Source: a virus (Duplodnaviria; Caudoviricetes). From it: a DNA stretch of 64,000 bases. Below, one piece after another: positions 16,447 to 26,954 of the stretch. A model generated the notes under the pieces. That model was not told where the DNA came from and made no database searches. It saw only the letters and a program-made list of their open reading frames with translations. The position numbers and the translations under genes are program-made. The stretch's first letter is position 1; every line of letters starts with the position of its first letter. The stretch is taken from the IMG/VR virus record IMGVR_UViG_3300021960_000017; one strand, written 5' to 3'.

Positions 16447-17133
16447 ATGTCTAGAACTCAGCGTGTAACAGGTGATTTAACTTTTGATCCTACAGGCACT
16501 ATAAACTTAAACAGTAATACTATCATTACTGGAGACCTAACAGTTTCTGGTACAACTACAACAGTGTCAACTACTGATACTGTAATCAGTGACAGAGTAA
16601 TTACTTTAAATGATGGTGAATCAGGTGCAGGTGTTACAGGAAGATATAGTGGTTTAGAAATAGATCGTGGATCACTTGCTAATGCTGAAATAGTTTTTGA
16701 TGAAAATGATGATCTGTTTAAAATTACAACTAATGGCGGCAGCACATATACTCCAATTCTTACAGGTTCATCAGGTTCTGGTCTAACTGCTGTATTAGAT
16801 GATACAAGTCCACAATTAGGTGGCAATTTAGATGTTAATTCCTATAACATTGTAACAGCAGCAGCATCTAATGGTGATATTACACTAGCTCCAGATGGCA
16901 CAGGCAGAGTAGTTGTTAGTAGTGCAGCGGCCACCGTAGAAGAAGAATTAAAGTTGGATCAATATCTTAGATTAGTTGACCAGGGGGGTGCTCCAACTCA
17001 GATAGCAAGTTCCACTTTATTATATGCTGCAACAGCAGGCGGTGGCGGAACTGGACTCTTCTTTGTAGATAGTAGTACAAGTGACGAACTTGTAAGTAAA
17101 AGCAAAGCCATCGTTTATGGATTAATATTTTAA
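16447..17133 (+). CDS. Virion structural/fibre-associated protein
   Basis: GDLTVSGTTTTV, DRVITLN..G..GLEIDRG module shared with fibre genes; PQLGGNLDVN. Confidence 0.65.
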   Translation: MSRTQRVTGDLTFDPTGTINLNSNTIITGDLTVSGTTTTVSTTDTVISDRVITLNDGESGAGVTGRYSGLEIDRGSLANAEIVFDENDDLFKITTNGGSTYTPILTGSSGSGLTAVLDDTSPQLGGNLDVNSYNIVTAAASNGDITLAPDGTGRVVVSSAAATVEEELKLDQYLRLVDQGGAPTQIASSTLLYAATAGGGGTGLFFVDSSTSDELVSKSKAIVYGLIF

Positions 17134-17145
17134 GGATTTAATATA

Positions 17146-17454
17146 ATGGCTATAGCGCAACAACTAGTTTCAAATTCAGCAACTACAATATATACATCAA
17201 GTGGCAATAGTGCTACTACTGTTATTTTCTTTATGAATGATGACGCTAGTGCAAGAACACTAGACGTTTATGTTGTGCCTAACGGCGGCAGTGCAGGCAC
17301 ATCAACACAGATTATTAAAAATTTAAGTATTGATGCTGCTGATACCTATATTTTAAACATTGAAAAAATTGTGTTATCAAATGGTGACACTATTCAAGCA
17401 ACAGCTAGTGCTATTAACAGTATCTATGCTACAGTAAGTTATGTAGGTATCTAA
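17146..17454 (+). CDS. Small virion structural protein (beta-rich)
   Basis: AAGGA SD; in an operon with fibre genes. Confidence 0.6.
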   Translation: MAIAQQLVSNSATTIYTSSGNSATTVIFFMNDDASARTLDVYVVPNGGSAGTSTQIIKNLSIDAADTYILNIEKIVLSNGDTIQATASAINSIYATVSYVGI

Positions 17455-17456
17455 TC

Positions 17457-17888
17457 ATGCCTAGATTTATTAAAGTAAAAGATCCAATTTTTAGTGTAAA
17501 GGCACTTGACGGCGGCGGGTTAAGTGTCCCAGCAGGAACAACAGCAGATAGAAGTAATGTTCCTATAGCTGGTGAACTACGTTTTAATTTAGATACAAGC
17601 AGTTTAGAAGTTTATAATGGAACGTCATTTGTCAGTGTAGCAAACACTGGGTTTGCAAGCATTACACAAGACAGTTTTACAGGCGATGGTTCAACTTTAG
17701 CCTACACAATGAGTACAAGTGTAACAAGCAACCAAACACAACGCATTGTTGTTGCAGTAGGCAACGTTTATCAGAATCCAGCTAGTGCTTATACACTTAG
17801 CGGAACAACTATTACCTTTACAAGTCCTCCAGGCGCAGCAGAAACTATTACTGTTATTCACGGATATGATTCTGTAACATCTGGATAA
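17457..17888 (+). CDS. Small virion structural protein
   Basis: PAGTTADR..GELRFN and FTGDGST...YQNP...YTLSGTTITFTSPP modules shared with larger fibre genes. Confidence 0.65.
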   Translation: MPRFIKVKDPIFSVKALDGGGLSVPAGTTADRSNVPIAGELRFNLDTSSLEVYNGTSFVSVANTGFASITQDSFTGDGSTLAYTMSTSVTSNQTQRIVVAVGNVYQNPASAYTLSGTTITFTSPPGAAETITVIHGYDSVTSG

Positions 17889-17972
17889 AGTCCAATATAA
17901 CATAAATAAACTTAACAGCACCCTGTCACCTCGGATGTTAGCATGGTGAGCGCAAGATAGCGGAGAACAAGT

Positions 17973-20900
17973 ATGGCTATTAGTCGTATTGGAGGCAAAG
18001 CTCTAAGAGCTAATTTAGAAAGAGATTCCGATCTTGCGTTTAATACCGATACCCTAGTAGTTGATTATACAAATAGCCGCATTGGTATTGGTACAACTAG
18101 TCCTTCCCAATTATTTACAGTAGACGGGCAAGGTCAACTCACTAGTCTTAATGTTACAGATTTAACAAATACAAGAGTTATCTATGCAGGTGCAAGTGGT
18201 GAATTGCAAGATAGTGCGCTACTTACATTTGATGGCAGTGCTCTTACTGTTGATGGTTTACAACTTACAGATAATAAAATTACTGCTACAAGAAGCAATG
18301 ATGATATTGTTCTAGTTGCTAGTGGTACTGGTAATGTTAATGTTAATAGCAGCAAGGTTGTAAATGCTGCTGATCCAACTAGTGCACAAGACCTTGCAAC
18401 GAAGGCATATGTAGATAGTCAAGTAAGTAGTGGTATTGTTGGTACTGGTATGGAGATTACGCTAGGAACTCCAACAGATAGCAGTTTAACAAGTCCAGCA
18501 GCATATACGGGTTGGACAAGCAGCGTAAAAGTAACAGATGCTATTGATGATCTCAACGAAATGGTTGAAAATGTTCGTAACAATACCTTTGTTAAGAGTG
18601 TAGATTTTACCGCAGATCAAACAACAGGCGGTGCAGGATTAGTAGTAACACTTACTATTACTACTGTGGGCAATCCTAACAGATATGATATTACCTGGGG
18701 GGATGGAAGTGTTACCACAGGCACAACAGACAGCACGCCAACACATACATACAGTACAAATGTTGGCTCACCCTTTGATGTAACGGTTAGAGCATACAAC
18801 AATGGCGGTAGCGGCACTGGTAGTGAAGCAAGTAAAACTAGATCAAGTTATATTACCATTTACACTGCAAATCCTGTAGTGAGTTTTGCAGCATATGCAG
18901 CTAGCAGTGGCGGTTCTCCTATTACACAATGGGACGATGGCGATACTGTATACTTCCAAAACAATACAACAAACATTGGCGCAGCAACAATTCAGTTCAC
19001 CTGGGACTGGGGTGATGGATCTAGCGACGATGTAATTACAAATGATAGTTCAGCAGGCGGTACAGCAGGCGCAAGACTTGCTCATACATTTACAGCAAGC
19101 ACAGAACAAGAAGTAACAAGAACAGTTACACTAACCCTAGACAGTCACAGTACAGCAACACCTGGTGTAACACCAACAAGCGACACTAACAATTATAAGA
19201 TTTATGATACTCACACCCCTACTGTAACACTTAGCAGTACAAGTGGTATTAATCAGGAAGGCACTAGCGGCCATCCTGTTACATTTACAAACACAACAGA
19301 ATCAACTATTGGTAACTATGCAACATACGGCATACAATATCAATACCAGTTTGGTGATGGAACAAGTAATGTAACAGTAAATGCTGGTACTGGTGCAGCA
19401 GGTGACAGAGGTGTTGGGCTTACCCATACCTATGCACTTAGCAGTGCTAACCAAGCAAATGGTGTTGCAGTTGACTATACTGGTACTTTAAGAGTTATTA
19501 GTAATCATACAAGTTCACCGTTTATAAGCAGTACATTTACCGTGCACGTCGAGCCTGATGTGCGAGCAAATATTGCTGCTACAGCGGTAACAGTAAGTGA
19601 TGGTAGCAGCGATAATCAGTATACAATTTATGACTTTACTGATTTACTTGGCAACAACCGTGCTCTAGTTCGTGCTACAAACACTTCTCAAAATGCAGAT
19701 GATTATGTATACAACTGGGCAGACGGCAGCACAAACGATACACCAAGTGAAGATGGATCAAGTGCTGGTAGTATTGGCGCTACACTAGATCATGATTATG
19801 CAGGTCAAAGTGTAAGCACTTACAACCTATCCTTTACAGCAAATGGAACTCCAGATATAACTGCACAAACAGATGTAGATACTAGCATTACATTTACTTT
19901 AAAAGCAACACCAAGTGCACCTGCAAACCTAAGCACAAAGAGTATAACACTTAGCGATGCTGCTCAAGGCACATTACCAGTATTGTGTGCAGGATTTACT
20001 GACAATACGGGCGCAGCAAGTACACTGGCAGCAGGCACTGCTCTTAACACATCAACAGCCAGACGTTACACTAGCGGTACTATTGACACAAGTACAGTAA
20101 ATGATGCATACAATGGTGCAAGTGGTACACTAGCAGCAGAAATTAATGCTGTAAATGATGGCACAAAAACATTTACTACTACCACTGGGGAAACAGGAAC
20201 ATTTACAAGCCTTGTAGTTTCACAGCAAGTTGATTACAACAGCATCAATGGAAGTTACCCAAGTAATTTTTACCAGGTGTTTGATGCTAAGATTACAAAA
20301 GCATTATCAGGTTATAGTGTGGGTCTAAACGCTCAACGATTAACACATGACGCAACAGGCAATACAAACTATGTACATGTTTTGCGTGATGATGTTACAT
20401 TAGTCCCAAATATTGCTGAAACTGGCACACTTACAGAAAGTTCGGGTGGTAGCAAGCGTTATATTTCAGGTATTCCTTATTACAACACAGGTTCGCCTAC
20501 ACTACAACTTGCTGGTACAACAATAGATGATTTGACAGGTCAAGCATACACTAACCAAACAAATATCGTTGAGATTGACAGTGGCACAAATGCCGAAGGC
20601 ACAAGCAGCGCAGCAATTACTGGACAAGATTATACATATGCTAACATTGATGGTGCTAGTAGTATGCTTACAGGTGGTATTCCAAATGTAGACACTGGCG
20701 TGAGTTCAGCATATGCTATTGGTAACTTAAGTATTCCTGTAACAAGCTCTAGTGTAAGAACAGTTGAGCAATTACAAATTCGTGCAAGAAACGCTAACGG
20801 CATTGGTAGTTATGCTAATATTAATGAAAAAGTTCAAGTGCATACCGCAGCGCAGAGCGGTATTAGTGAAATTGCTATTGCAGTAAGCGATAGTTTAGGT

Positions 20901-21527
20901 GCTGGATTTGATGACGACGGTGTTCGCATATTTGACTTTAATGCAGCAACTACAGATACACCAACATTCAATGGTGCTACAAACTTCTACACAAACAGTC
21001 CTTATACTGAAAGTGCAGATCCAGGTGTTGAAGGAACCAAAGAAGCAACTATTAGATTGGGTGTTCTCAAATATGATGTAACAGATTATAGCACAGGCTT
21101 CCTGCCAGTAGGTCCAGATCGCAGTGCTGATACAGGAACACAATACTTTACATTTGCATTCCGTAGAACTACAATGGCTAACTTTGATATTAACATTACA
21201 AGCAGTGGCATTGCAGGACTTTGGATTGCAGCGCCTGGCACTGCTATTGACAGTGCAAGTGGTCTTAATGGTTGGTTAGATGCTAGTACAACTTACGGTG
21301 GTAGTGGTGTACCAGGAAGTAATACAGGCAGTGGCGGTAACGGAAGTAACGGCTGTGCGTTTACTTCAGGTGATAGAATAGCAACAAGCACTTCACTCAG
21401 TGGAGGTTACACAATGACATTAGGTAGTGAAAACGCCACCAATGCAACAGGCAATGTTGTGCTGGTGCGTATTGCACTAACAAGTGGGCAAAGTGTAACA
21501 GCACTTAGCGTAGGAGTTGCAAGTTAA
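17973..21527 (+). CDS. Large virion protein with about 4 PKD/Ig-like repeats
   Basis: Repeats YDITWGDGS, FTWDWGDGS, YQYQFGDGT, YVYNWADGS, each followed by THTY/AHTF/DHDY; 1184 aa, S/T/G-rich. Confidence 0.7.
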   Translation: MAISRIGGKALRANLERDSDLAFNTDTLVVDYTNSRIGIGTTSPSQLFTVDGQGQLTSLNVTDLTNTRVIYAGASGELQDSALLTFDGSALTVDGLQLTDNKITATRSNDDIVLVASGTGNVNVNSSKVVNAADPTSAQDLATKAYVDSQVSSGIVGTGMEITLGTPTDSSLTSPAAYTGWTSSVKVTDAIDDLNEMVENVRNNTFVKSVDFTADQTTGGAGLVVTLTITTVGNPNRYDITWGDGSVTTGTTDSTPTHTYSTNVGSPFDVTVRAYNNGGSGTGSEASKTRSSYITIYTANPVVSFAAYAASSGGSPITQWDDGDTVYFQNNTTNIGAATIQFTWDWGDGSSDDVITNDSSAGGTAGARLAHTFTASTEQEVTRTVTLTLDSHSTATPGVTPTSDTNNYKIYDTHTPTVTLSSTSGINQEGTSGHPVTFTNTTESTIGNYATYGIQYQYQFGDGTSNVTVNAGTGAAGDRGVGLTHTYALSSANQANGVAVDYTGTLRVISNHTSSPFISSTFTVHVEPDVRANIAATAVTVSDGSSDNQYTIYDFTDLLGNNRALVRATNTSQNADDYVYNWADGSTNDTPSEDGSSAGSIGATLDHDYAGQSVSTYNLSFTANGTPDITAQTDVDTSITFTLKATPSAPANLSTKSITLSDAAQGTLPVLCAGFTDNTGAASTLAAGTALNTSTARRYTSGTIDTSTVNDAYNGASGTLAAEINAVNDGTKTFTTTTGETGTFTSLVVSQQVDYNSINGSYPSNFYQVFDAKITKALSGYSVGLNAQRLTHDATGNTNYVHVLRDDVTLVPNIAETGTLTESSGGSKRYISGIPYYNTGSPTLQLAGTTIDDLTGQAYTNQTNIVEIDSGTNAEGTSSAAITGQDYTYANIDGASSMLTGGIPNVDTGVSSAYAIGNLSIPVTSSSVRTVEQLQIRARNANGIGSYANINEKVQVHTAAQSGISEIAIAVSDSLGAGFDDDGVRIFDFNAATTDTPTFNGATNFYTNSPYTESADPGVEGTKEATIRLGVLKYDVTDYSTGFLPVGPDRSADTGTQYFTFAFRRTTMANFDINITSSGIAGLWIAAPGTAIDSASGLNGWLDASTTYGGSGVPGSNTGSGGNGSNGCAFTSGDRIATSTSLSGGYTMTLGSENATNATGNVVLVRIALTSGQSVTALSVGVAS

Positions 21528-23128
21528 TGGCTATTACAGACACCCAAAAAGTTGACTTCTTATGGAAAAAACTAGGCTTTGGTGCAACTAAAACAGATAC
21601 TAATGCTGCTAAAAAAGCTCCTAACGAAGCTATTGCAAGTCCACTGTTACTACGTGGCGATAAAGTTTGGAAACAGGCAAGCAGTATTCCTGCTATTCAA
21701 CCGGGATCAAGTACTGGTGTTGTAACAGTTTACCCTACAAGTAGTCCTATTGAGTGTACTCTTGACGGTACGGCAACAGCAAATAGAACTTGGAAAACAG
21801 GACAAACAGACTGGATTCCACCAGAAATTGCTTCAACATATCAGGCTAAAGTTTATATTCATACCAGCGGATCCGCTGGTACCGCAGCAAGCGGTGGTAC
21901 CCAAGTATTTGCAACTGGTAGTGGCAATGACGACGAATGGTATTTTGATTATCAGTCAGGTGTACTACACTTTATTGGAACAAATCTACCAAATGGTGTA
22001 AGTTTTACAGGCAAGAGTGTCTATATTGCGGCTGCAAGATACACCGGCACGTTTGGTGTTGGTGCTGACGCTAGTGAACTTGGTGCCTTCACATTTACAG
22101 ACAACAGAATAAAAACTACTGTTACTAACGAAGAAATAATTCTTGAACCTGCTGGTACCGGCTATGTTGCTATTGATAGTACCACTGGACTTATTATTCC
22201 AGTAGGAACAACAGGTGAACGTCCAACAGCACAGACTGGTATGATACGCTTTAACAGCACTGATAGCCAAGTTGAAGTTTATAATGGAACTAGTTGGGTA
22301 GGTGTAGGCGCAGTAAACACAGTTACTTTTGATGAATTTGATGGCGACAACAGTACTACGGCATTTACCTTAAGTCAAACAGCCACAGCCGGTTCTGCCC
22401 TTGTAAGCATAAATGGTACCGTTCAAGAAGTAACAAATACCTATTCTATTAGTGGAACTACATTAACATTTAATGAAGCACCTGCAAGTGGCGATAAGAT
22501 ACAAGTGCGTAACTTTTTTAGTGGCCAATCTGTAAATTTAAGTTCTGCTTCTATTGCTGACGCAGATAACGATACCAAAATACAAGTTGAAGAAAGTGCA
22601 GACGAAGATACTATACGCTTTGACATAGCTGGTACAGAGAAAGCAAGTATAGCTGCAAGCACTACTACAGTAAAAAATGATCTTGTTGTAGAAGGTGCAA
22701 TTAAAAGTGATACATTTTACTTTGTAAGACGCACTACTAATACAAATATCGTGTATCCAGGTAGTTATGGTAATGTTACTATTGATTATGAAGATGCGGC
22801 AGTAGATTACGGAAGCACAGATGCAATGTGGAGCAGTACAACAGATAGATTTACTCCTACTATAGCAGGCTTGTGGTACTTCCGTGCCAGTGTTGATGCA
22901 TACAGCGGCGCAACACAAGAAGGTGGTATTTCTATTAATCTCAACGGTTCTGCACATAGTAGCACAGGTAGTATTGGTGCTATTAGACCTCAAATTACAG
23001 CACACATTTATATGAATGGTTCTACAGACTATGTAACATTTTCAGCTTATACACAGAGTTCAACCACTCGAGGACAAAGTGCTACTGTTAGTTTCTTTGA
23101 AGCATTGCTAGTAAAACAAGCAGAATAG
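21527..23128 (+). CDS. Virion fibre/baseplate protein with C-terminal C1q-like domain
   Basis: C-terminus FYFVRR...DRFTPTIAGLWYFRAS...YMNGSTDYV resembles the C1q/TNF jelly-roll motif. Confidence 0.6.
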   Translation: MAITDTQKVDFLWKKLGFGATKTDTNAAKKAPNEAIASPLLLRGDKVWKQASSIPAIQPGSSTGVVTVYPTSSPIECTLDGTATANRTWKTGQTDWIPPEIASTYQAKVYIHTSGSAGTAASGGTQVFATGSGNDDEWYFDYQSGVLHFIGTNLPNGVSFTGKSVYIAAARYTGTFGVGADASELGAFTFTDNRIKTTVTNEEIILEPAGTGYVAIDSTTGLIIPVGTTGERPTAQTGMIRFNSTDSQVEVYNGTSWVGVGAVNTVTFDEFDGDNSTTAFTLSQTATAGSALVSINGTVQEVTNTYSISGTTLTFNEAPASGDKIQVRNFFSGQSVNLSSASIADADNDTKIQVEESADEDTIRFDIAGTEKASIAASTTTVKNDLVVEGAIKSDTFYFVRRTTNTNIVYPGSYGNVTIDYEDAAVDYGSTDAMWSSTTDRFTPTIAGLWYFRASVDAYSGATQEGGISINLNGSAHSSTGSIGAIRPQITAHIYMNGSTDYVTFSAYTQSSTTRGQSATVSFFEALLVKQAE

Positions 23129-23138
23129 CATAACTAAC

Positions 23139-24203
23139 TTAGTCAAACACAAATAAACCAGTTTTTACAACTAATTTTATAGTTTTCTTACCACGCAAAA
23201 CTTCAAGTTCCACCTTTTGATTGGGTTTAACAGTATCCATTGCAAGCCCAATATCTGCAGGGAAATTTATATCACGACCATTTATTTTTAATAGTATGTC
23301 ATTCTTTTTGAGTTTGCCTGTTTTGTCTACTGGTCCGTCTTTTAGTATTTCCTCGATAATTATTTTGCCTAAATCATTATCTACAACAAATGCAATACCC
23401 AGTCTTCCTCGCTCAACTTTGCCATCCGTGATTAAAGTATTAATTATATAATTAACATTGTTGCTGGTAACACTAAAATTTATACCAATGTTTCCGCCCT
23501 GTGGACTTATAATAAAACTGTTTACGCCTACTACTTCGCCATTTTCATTAAAAAGCGGTCCGCCACTGTTGCCCTGATTGATACTAACATCTGACTGAAT
23601 AACTTCTTGCCAGGTATTGGTGGATCTCTTTTTTGTTGCACTTACAATGCCCTGTGTTACTGTCCATTTTTGTCCAACAGGATGACCTATAGCAAATACT
23701 TGGTCGCCTTTTCTTACCTTGTCGCTATTACCTAAAGTTAGTGGATCAATTTTATTTAATTTTTCTTTGCCGTCGGAGTTAGACATCTCCAACACTGCTA
23801 AATCACTTACTTCGTCAGCACCTAAAACTTTTGCAGGGTATTTTTTTAAATCGTTATGGAAAAATATATATGGTCGGCTGTTTTTTTCTTTACTGTCTAC
23901 TACATGTTCATTAGTAACGATGTATTTTTTATTGTTTACTGAAACAACAAAACAGCTACCTAGGCTATTTGAACTATCCTGATTTTTATTAAAAAAATCT
24001 TTAAAAGGATCTTCTTGATTTTCAGGCTGCTTGTATTCTTTAGGACCCTCGATTTCTTTTGATGGGCCTTTAGATTGGAATTCTACAAGACAAACACTTT
24101 TTTCTGCTTGTTCTATAGCATCTGCAAAACTATGTGCATAGACATTACCTGATGGTAAAAGTACCGAGAGGCTTACCGCTGCTGGCATCAATTTTTTCAA
24201 CAT
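23139..24203 (-). CDS. htrA: HtrA/DegP-like trypsin serine protease with one PDZ domain and a signal peptide
   Basis: Catalytic triad motifs VTNEHVV, DLAVL, INQGNSGGPL; PDZ GRLGI...GDILLKING; N-terminal MLKKLMPAAVSLSVLL...VYA. Confidence 0.9.
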   Translation of the reverse strand: MLKKLMPAAVSLSVLLPSGNVYAHSFADAIEQAEKSVCLVEFQSKGPSKEIEGPKEYKQPENQEDPFKDFFNKNQDSSNSLGSCFVVSVNNKKYIVTNEHVVDSKEKNSRPYIFFHNDLKKYPAKVLGADEVSDLAVLEMSNSDGKEKLNKIDPLTLGNSDKVRKGDQVFAIGHPVGQKWTVTQGIVSATKKRSTNTWQEVIQSDVSINQGNSGGPLFNENGEVVGVNSFIISPQGGNIGINFSVTSNNVNYIINTLITDGKVERGRLGIAFVVDNDLGKIIIEEILKDGPVDKTGKLKKNDILLKINGRDINFPADIGLAMDTVKPNQKVELEVLRGKKTIKLVVKTGLFVFD

Positions 24204-24438
24204 AATTGTTTACTTTCCTTGCAAGAGAGCTTCTTGATTGTGCCACTTTCTTAGTATAACACTTTTTGCAGAAATGTAAATCAGAACCGGATTTAAATTC
24301 TTTACTGGTTCTGTAGAAAATATCGTTGCAACAGTTACATTGTAAAATATAATTTGTTATAGTGCTCTTAACTTTTTCTTTTTTGCCGTTTCTGGTCCTA
24401 GTATAATGTCTTGACTGTTTTTCCGCTCCAATTAACAT
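24145..24438 (-). CDS. Small basic Zn-finger protein
   Basis: CNCC...FCKKC; ATG 24438 lies 5 nt after a minus-strand TAAATA (24449-24444). Confidence 0.55.
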   Translation of the reverse strand: MLIGAEKQSRHYTRTRNGKKEKVKSTITNYILQCNCCNDIFYRTSKEFKSGSDLHFCKKCYTKKVAQSRSSLARKVNNYVEKIDASSGKPLGTFTIR

Positions 24439-24509
24439 AATAATATTTAGCACACTGCTAGCTTGAAATGTAAATAAATATAATAAATGTTCCAAGGAGA
24501 TCTATAATT

Positions 24510-25094
24510 ATGGCCAAACAAACGGTAAACATTGGTGCGGCAGCCAACGATGGCACAGGCGATGCATTACGCACTGCTTTTGATAAAATCAACGACAATT
24601 TTAATGAGTTATATGCAGTTACTGGTGCGGGCACAGGTCAAAATATTGCTATAAGTGGTAACAGTGTTATTAGTGAAAATAGCAATGGAAATATCATTCT
24701 TGACCCTAATGGGACAGGCCGTGTAGTTTTAGCAACATCAGCAGAACTAAGATTTACTACACATACTGATAATGCTGTTCTATATGTAGATTCAGACGGT
24801 GATGTACAGTTAAGTTCCGCTCTTACTTTTAATGGATCAACTCTAAGCACAACTGGATCCATTAGTGTTAATTCAAGATTAAAATTTGAAAATAATGTTA
24901 TAAGCACACAAACTACAAATGATGATATTGATATAGATCCTGCAGGAACTGGGCTTGTAAACTTTAATATTGCAACACAAACTACAGTTGGCGCAGCAGG
25001 CATTGCAAACGCACTACCAGCAACTCCAGAAGGATATGCACAGTTTAAAATCAATGGTACAGCATATGTTATTCCATTTTATCTAGTAAGTTAA
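24510..25094 (+). CDS. Baseplate wedge/fibre connector with gp9/gp10-like N-terminus
   Basis: MAKQTVNIGAAANDGTGDALRTAFDKINDNFNELY. Confidence 0.75.
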   Translation: MAKQTVNIGAAANDGTGDALRTAFDKINDNFNELYAVTGAGTGQNIAISGNSVISENSNGNIILDPNGTGRVVLATSAELRFTTHTDNAVLYVDSDGDVQLSSALTFNGSTLSTTGSISVNSRLKFENNVISTQTTNDDIDIDPAGTGLVNFNIATQTTVGAAGIANALPATPEGYAQFKINGTAYVIPFYLVS

Positions 25095-25105
25095 GGAGTT
25101 GATTG

Positions 25106-26791
25106 ATGGCTAAACAAACTGTCAATATTGGCACAAACCAAGACGATGGTACAGGCGATCTACTCAGAGTTGCCTTTCAAAAAATAAATAGCAACTTTAC
25201 TGAACTTTACAATGAAGTAGGTGGAGACAGTTTAAGTAATTTACGCTTTAGTGGTAGTACAATTACAACTGACACAACGAATAGCAACCTAATTCTTAAT
25301 CCAAATGGAACAGGACAAGTAAGAGTAGAAGGTAACAGTTTATTTGTTGGCGATATTACAGTAACTGGCGATGCTACTATACAAACAGACCTAGCAGTTA
25401 CTGGTAATACAGCATTGACTGGCACATTGACAGTAACAGGAGTAACCACCCTTGGAACATTGGTTATTACTAGTGTAAGTGCAGGAAGTGGAACATATAC
25501 AGGAAATTTAACCGTACAAGGTAATACTGATCTACAAGGTAATGTAGACATAGGCGATACCTCAACTGATACTGTTACTGTTACTGGTAGATTCGATAGC
25601 AGTTTAGTACCAAGTATTACAGAAACAAATGACATAGGTAGTAGCAGTTTACGCTGGAGAGACATATACGCTCAAGATGGTAATTTTAGTGGTAACATTG
25701 ATGTTACTGGTAATGTTACTATTGGGGGTAATATTACAATAGGCGATGCTAACACTGATAGTATAACAATCACTGCTGATCTTACTAGTGATATTATTCC
25801 CAATGCAGGTAGTACATATGACATAGGTGCTATTGGCAAAACATGGCAAAATGTTTATGCAGATGGATTTACAGGAAATTTAACTGGCAATGTAACAGGT
25901 GATGTAACTGGTAATATTACATCAAGTGGAGCAAGTTCATTTAGCGGAACTGTTGATTTATCTGGCGCTACTGTTAGTAATGCTGCTTTTAACTTAACAG
26001 GCGATCTAACTGGAAATGTTACTGGAAACATATCAAGCAGTGGTACAAGTACTTTTGCTACTATAGATATTAACACTGCTATGACTGTAGGAACAAGTGT
26101 TACACTAGATGCATCTACAACTTTCGATGCTGGCGCAAACAAACTTACTAATTTATCAGATCCAACCTTAGCACAAGACGCTGCAACCAAAGCGTATGTA
26201 GATAGTGCTGTTAATTGGATTCTTGTAGATGATACAAGCACTGCTACTACTATTACTGGTGGCGAATATCTAGCAATACTTGGTGGCAGTGGTGTTAGTA
26301 CAGTAACAACAAATGATACTCTTACTATTAGTAGTACTGATACTCTTGCAACAGTTACTAGTAGAGGTAGTAGTACTAGTACAGCAGTAAACTTTACTAG
26401 TGGAGTCACGGCAAGTCAACTTATAGTAGACAGTATTACTATAAACGACAACAACATAACCACAAACACGACAAATGCTGACCTTATGCTAGTTCCTGGT
26501 GGCGTAGGGAATGTAGTAGTAGATAGTAGTATAAGGCTTACTCAACAGGGTGGAGATCCACCTGTAGACTCAAGCAGCGGTTATGTTTATGTTAAAGATG
26601 ATTCTGGTGCAGAAGTGCATGTAATGGACGGTGCTGGAAACATAACTAAAATTTCTCCGCATAATGATGCTGGCGAATGGGAATATTACAGTGTTAACAA
26701 ACGAACTGGTAAAACAATTCGTATCAACATGGAACGTATGATTCGTAAACTAGAAGAACTTACTGGCGAAACTTTTATAGAGACTAAATAA
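25106..26791 (+). CDS. Fibre protein with gp9/gp10-like N-terminus
   Basis: MAKQTVNIGTNQDDGTGDLLRVAFQKINSNFTELY; GNLTG/GDVTG beta-helix repeats; DAATKAYVD. Confidence 0.75.
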   Translation: MAKQTVNIGTNQDDGTGDLLRVAFQKINSNFTELYNEVGGDSLSNLRFSGSTITTDTTNSNLILNPNGTGQVRVEGNSLFVGDITVTGDATIQTDLAVTGNTALTGTLTVTGVTTLGTLVITSVSAGSGTYTGNLTVQGNTDLQGNVDIGDTSTDTVTVTGRFDSSLVPSITETNDIGSSSLRWRDIYAQDGNFSGNIDVTGNVTIGGNITIGDANTDSITITADLTSDIIPNAGSTYDIGAIGKTWQNVYADGFTGNLTGNVTGDVTGNITSSGASSFSGTVDLSGATVSNAAFNLTGDLTGNVTGNISSSGTSTFATIDINTAMTVGTSVTLDASTTFDAGANKLTNLSDPTLAQDAATKAYVDSAVNWILVDDTSTATTITGGEYLAILGGSGVSTVTTNDTLTISSTDTLATVTSRGSSTSTAVNFTSGVTASQLIVDSITINDNNITTNTTNADLMLVPGGVGNVVVDSSIRLTQQGGDPPVDSSSGYVYVKDDSGAEVHVMDGAGNITKISPHNDAGEWEYYSVNKRTGKTIRINMERMIRKLEELTGETFIETK

Positions 26792-26954
26792 TATTAGTTA
26801 GACGCTCGTTTCTAACACCATCCCCCCTTCTACATGCCTATCGTTACGATGTTTTCGGCATCGTTTCCTGCTGGCTATGCAAAAAACCCTTAAAATAAAA
26901 TAAATAAGGTTAGAATATGTAAATCATATCTTATCCGTGGAGGGAAAATTTAAT

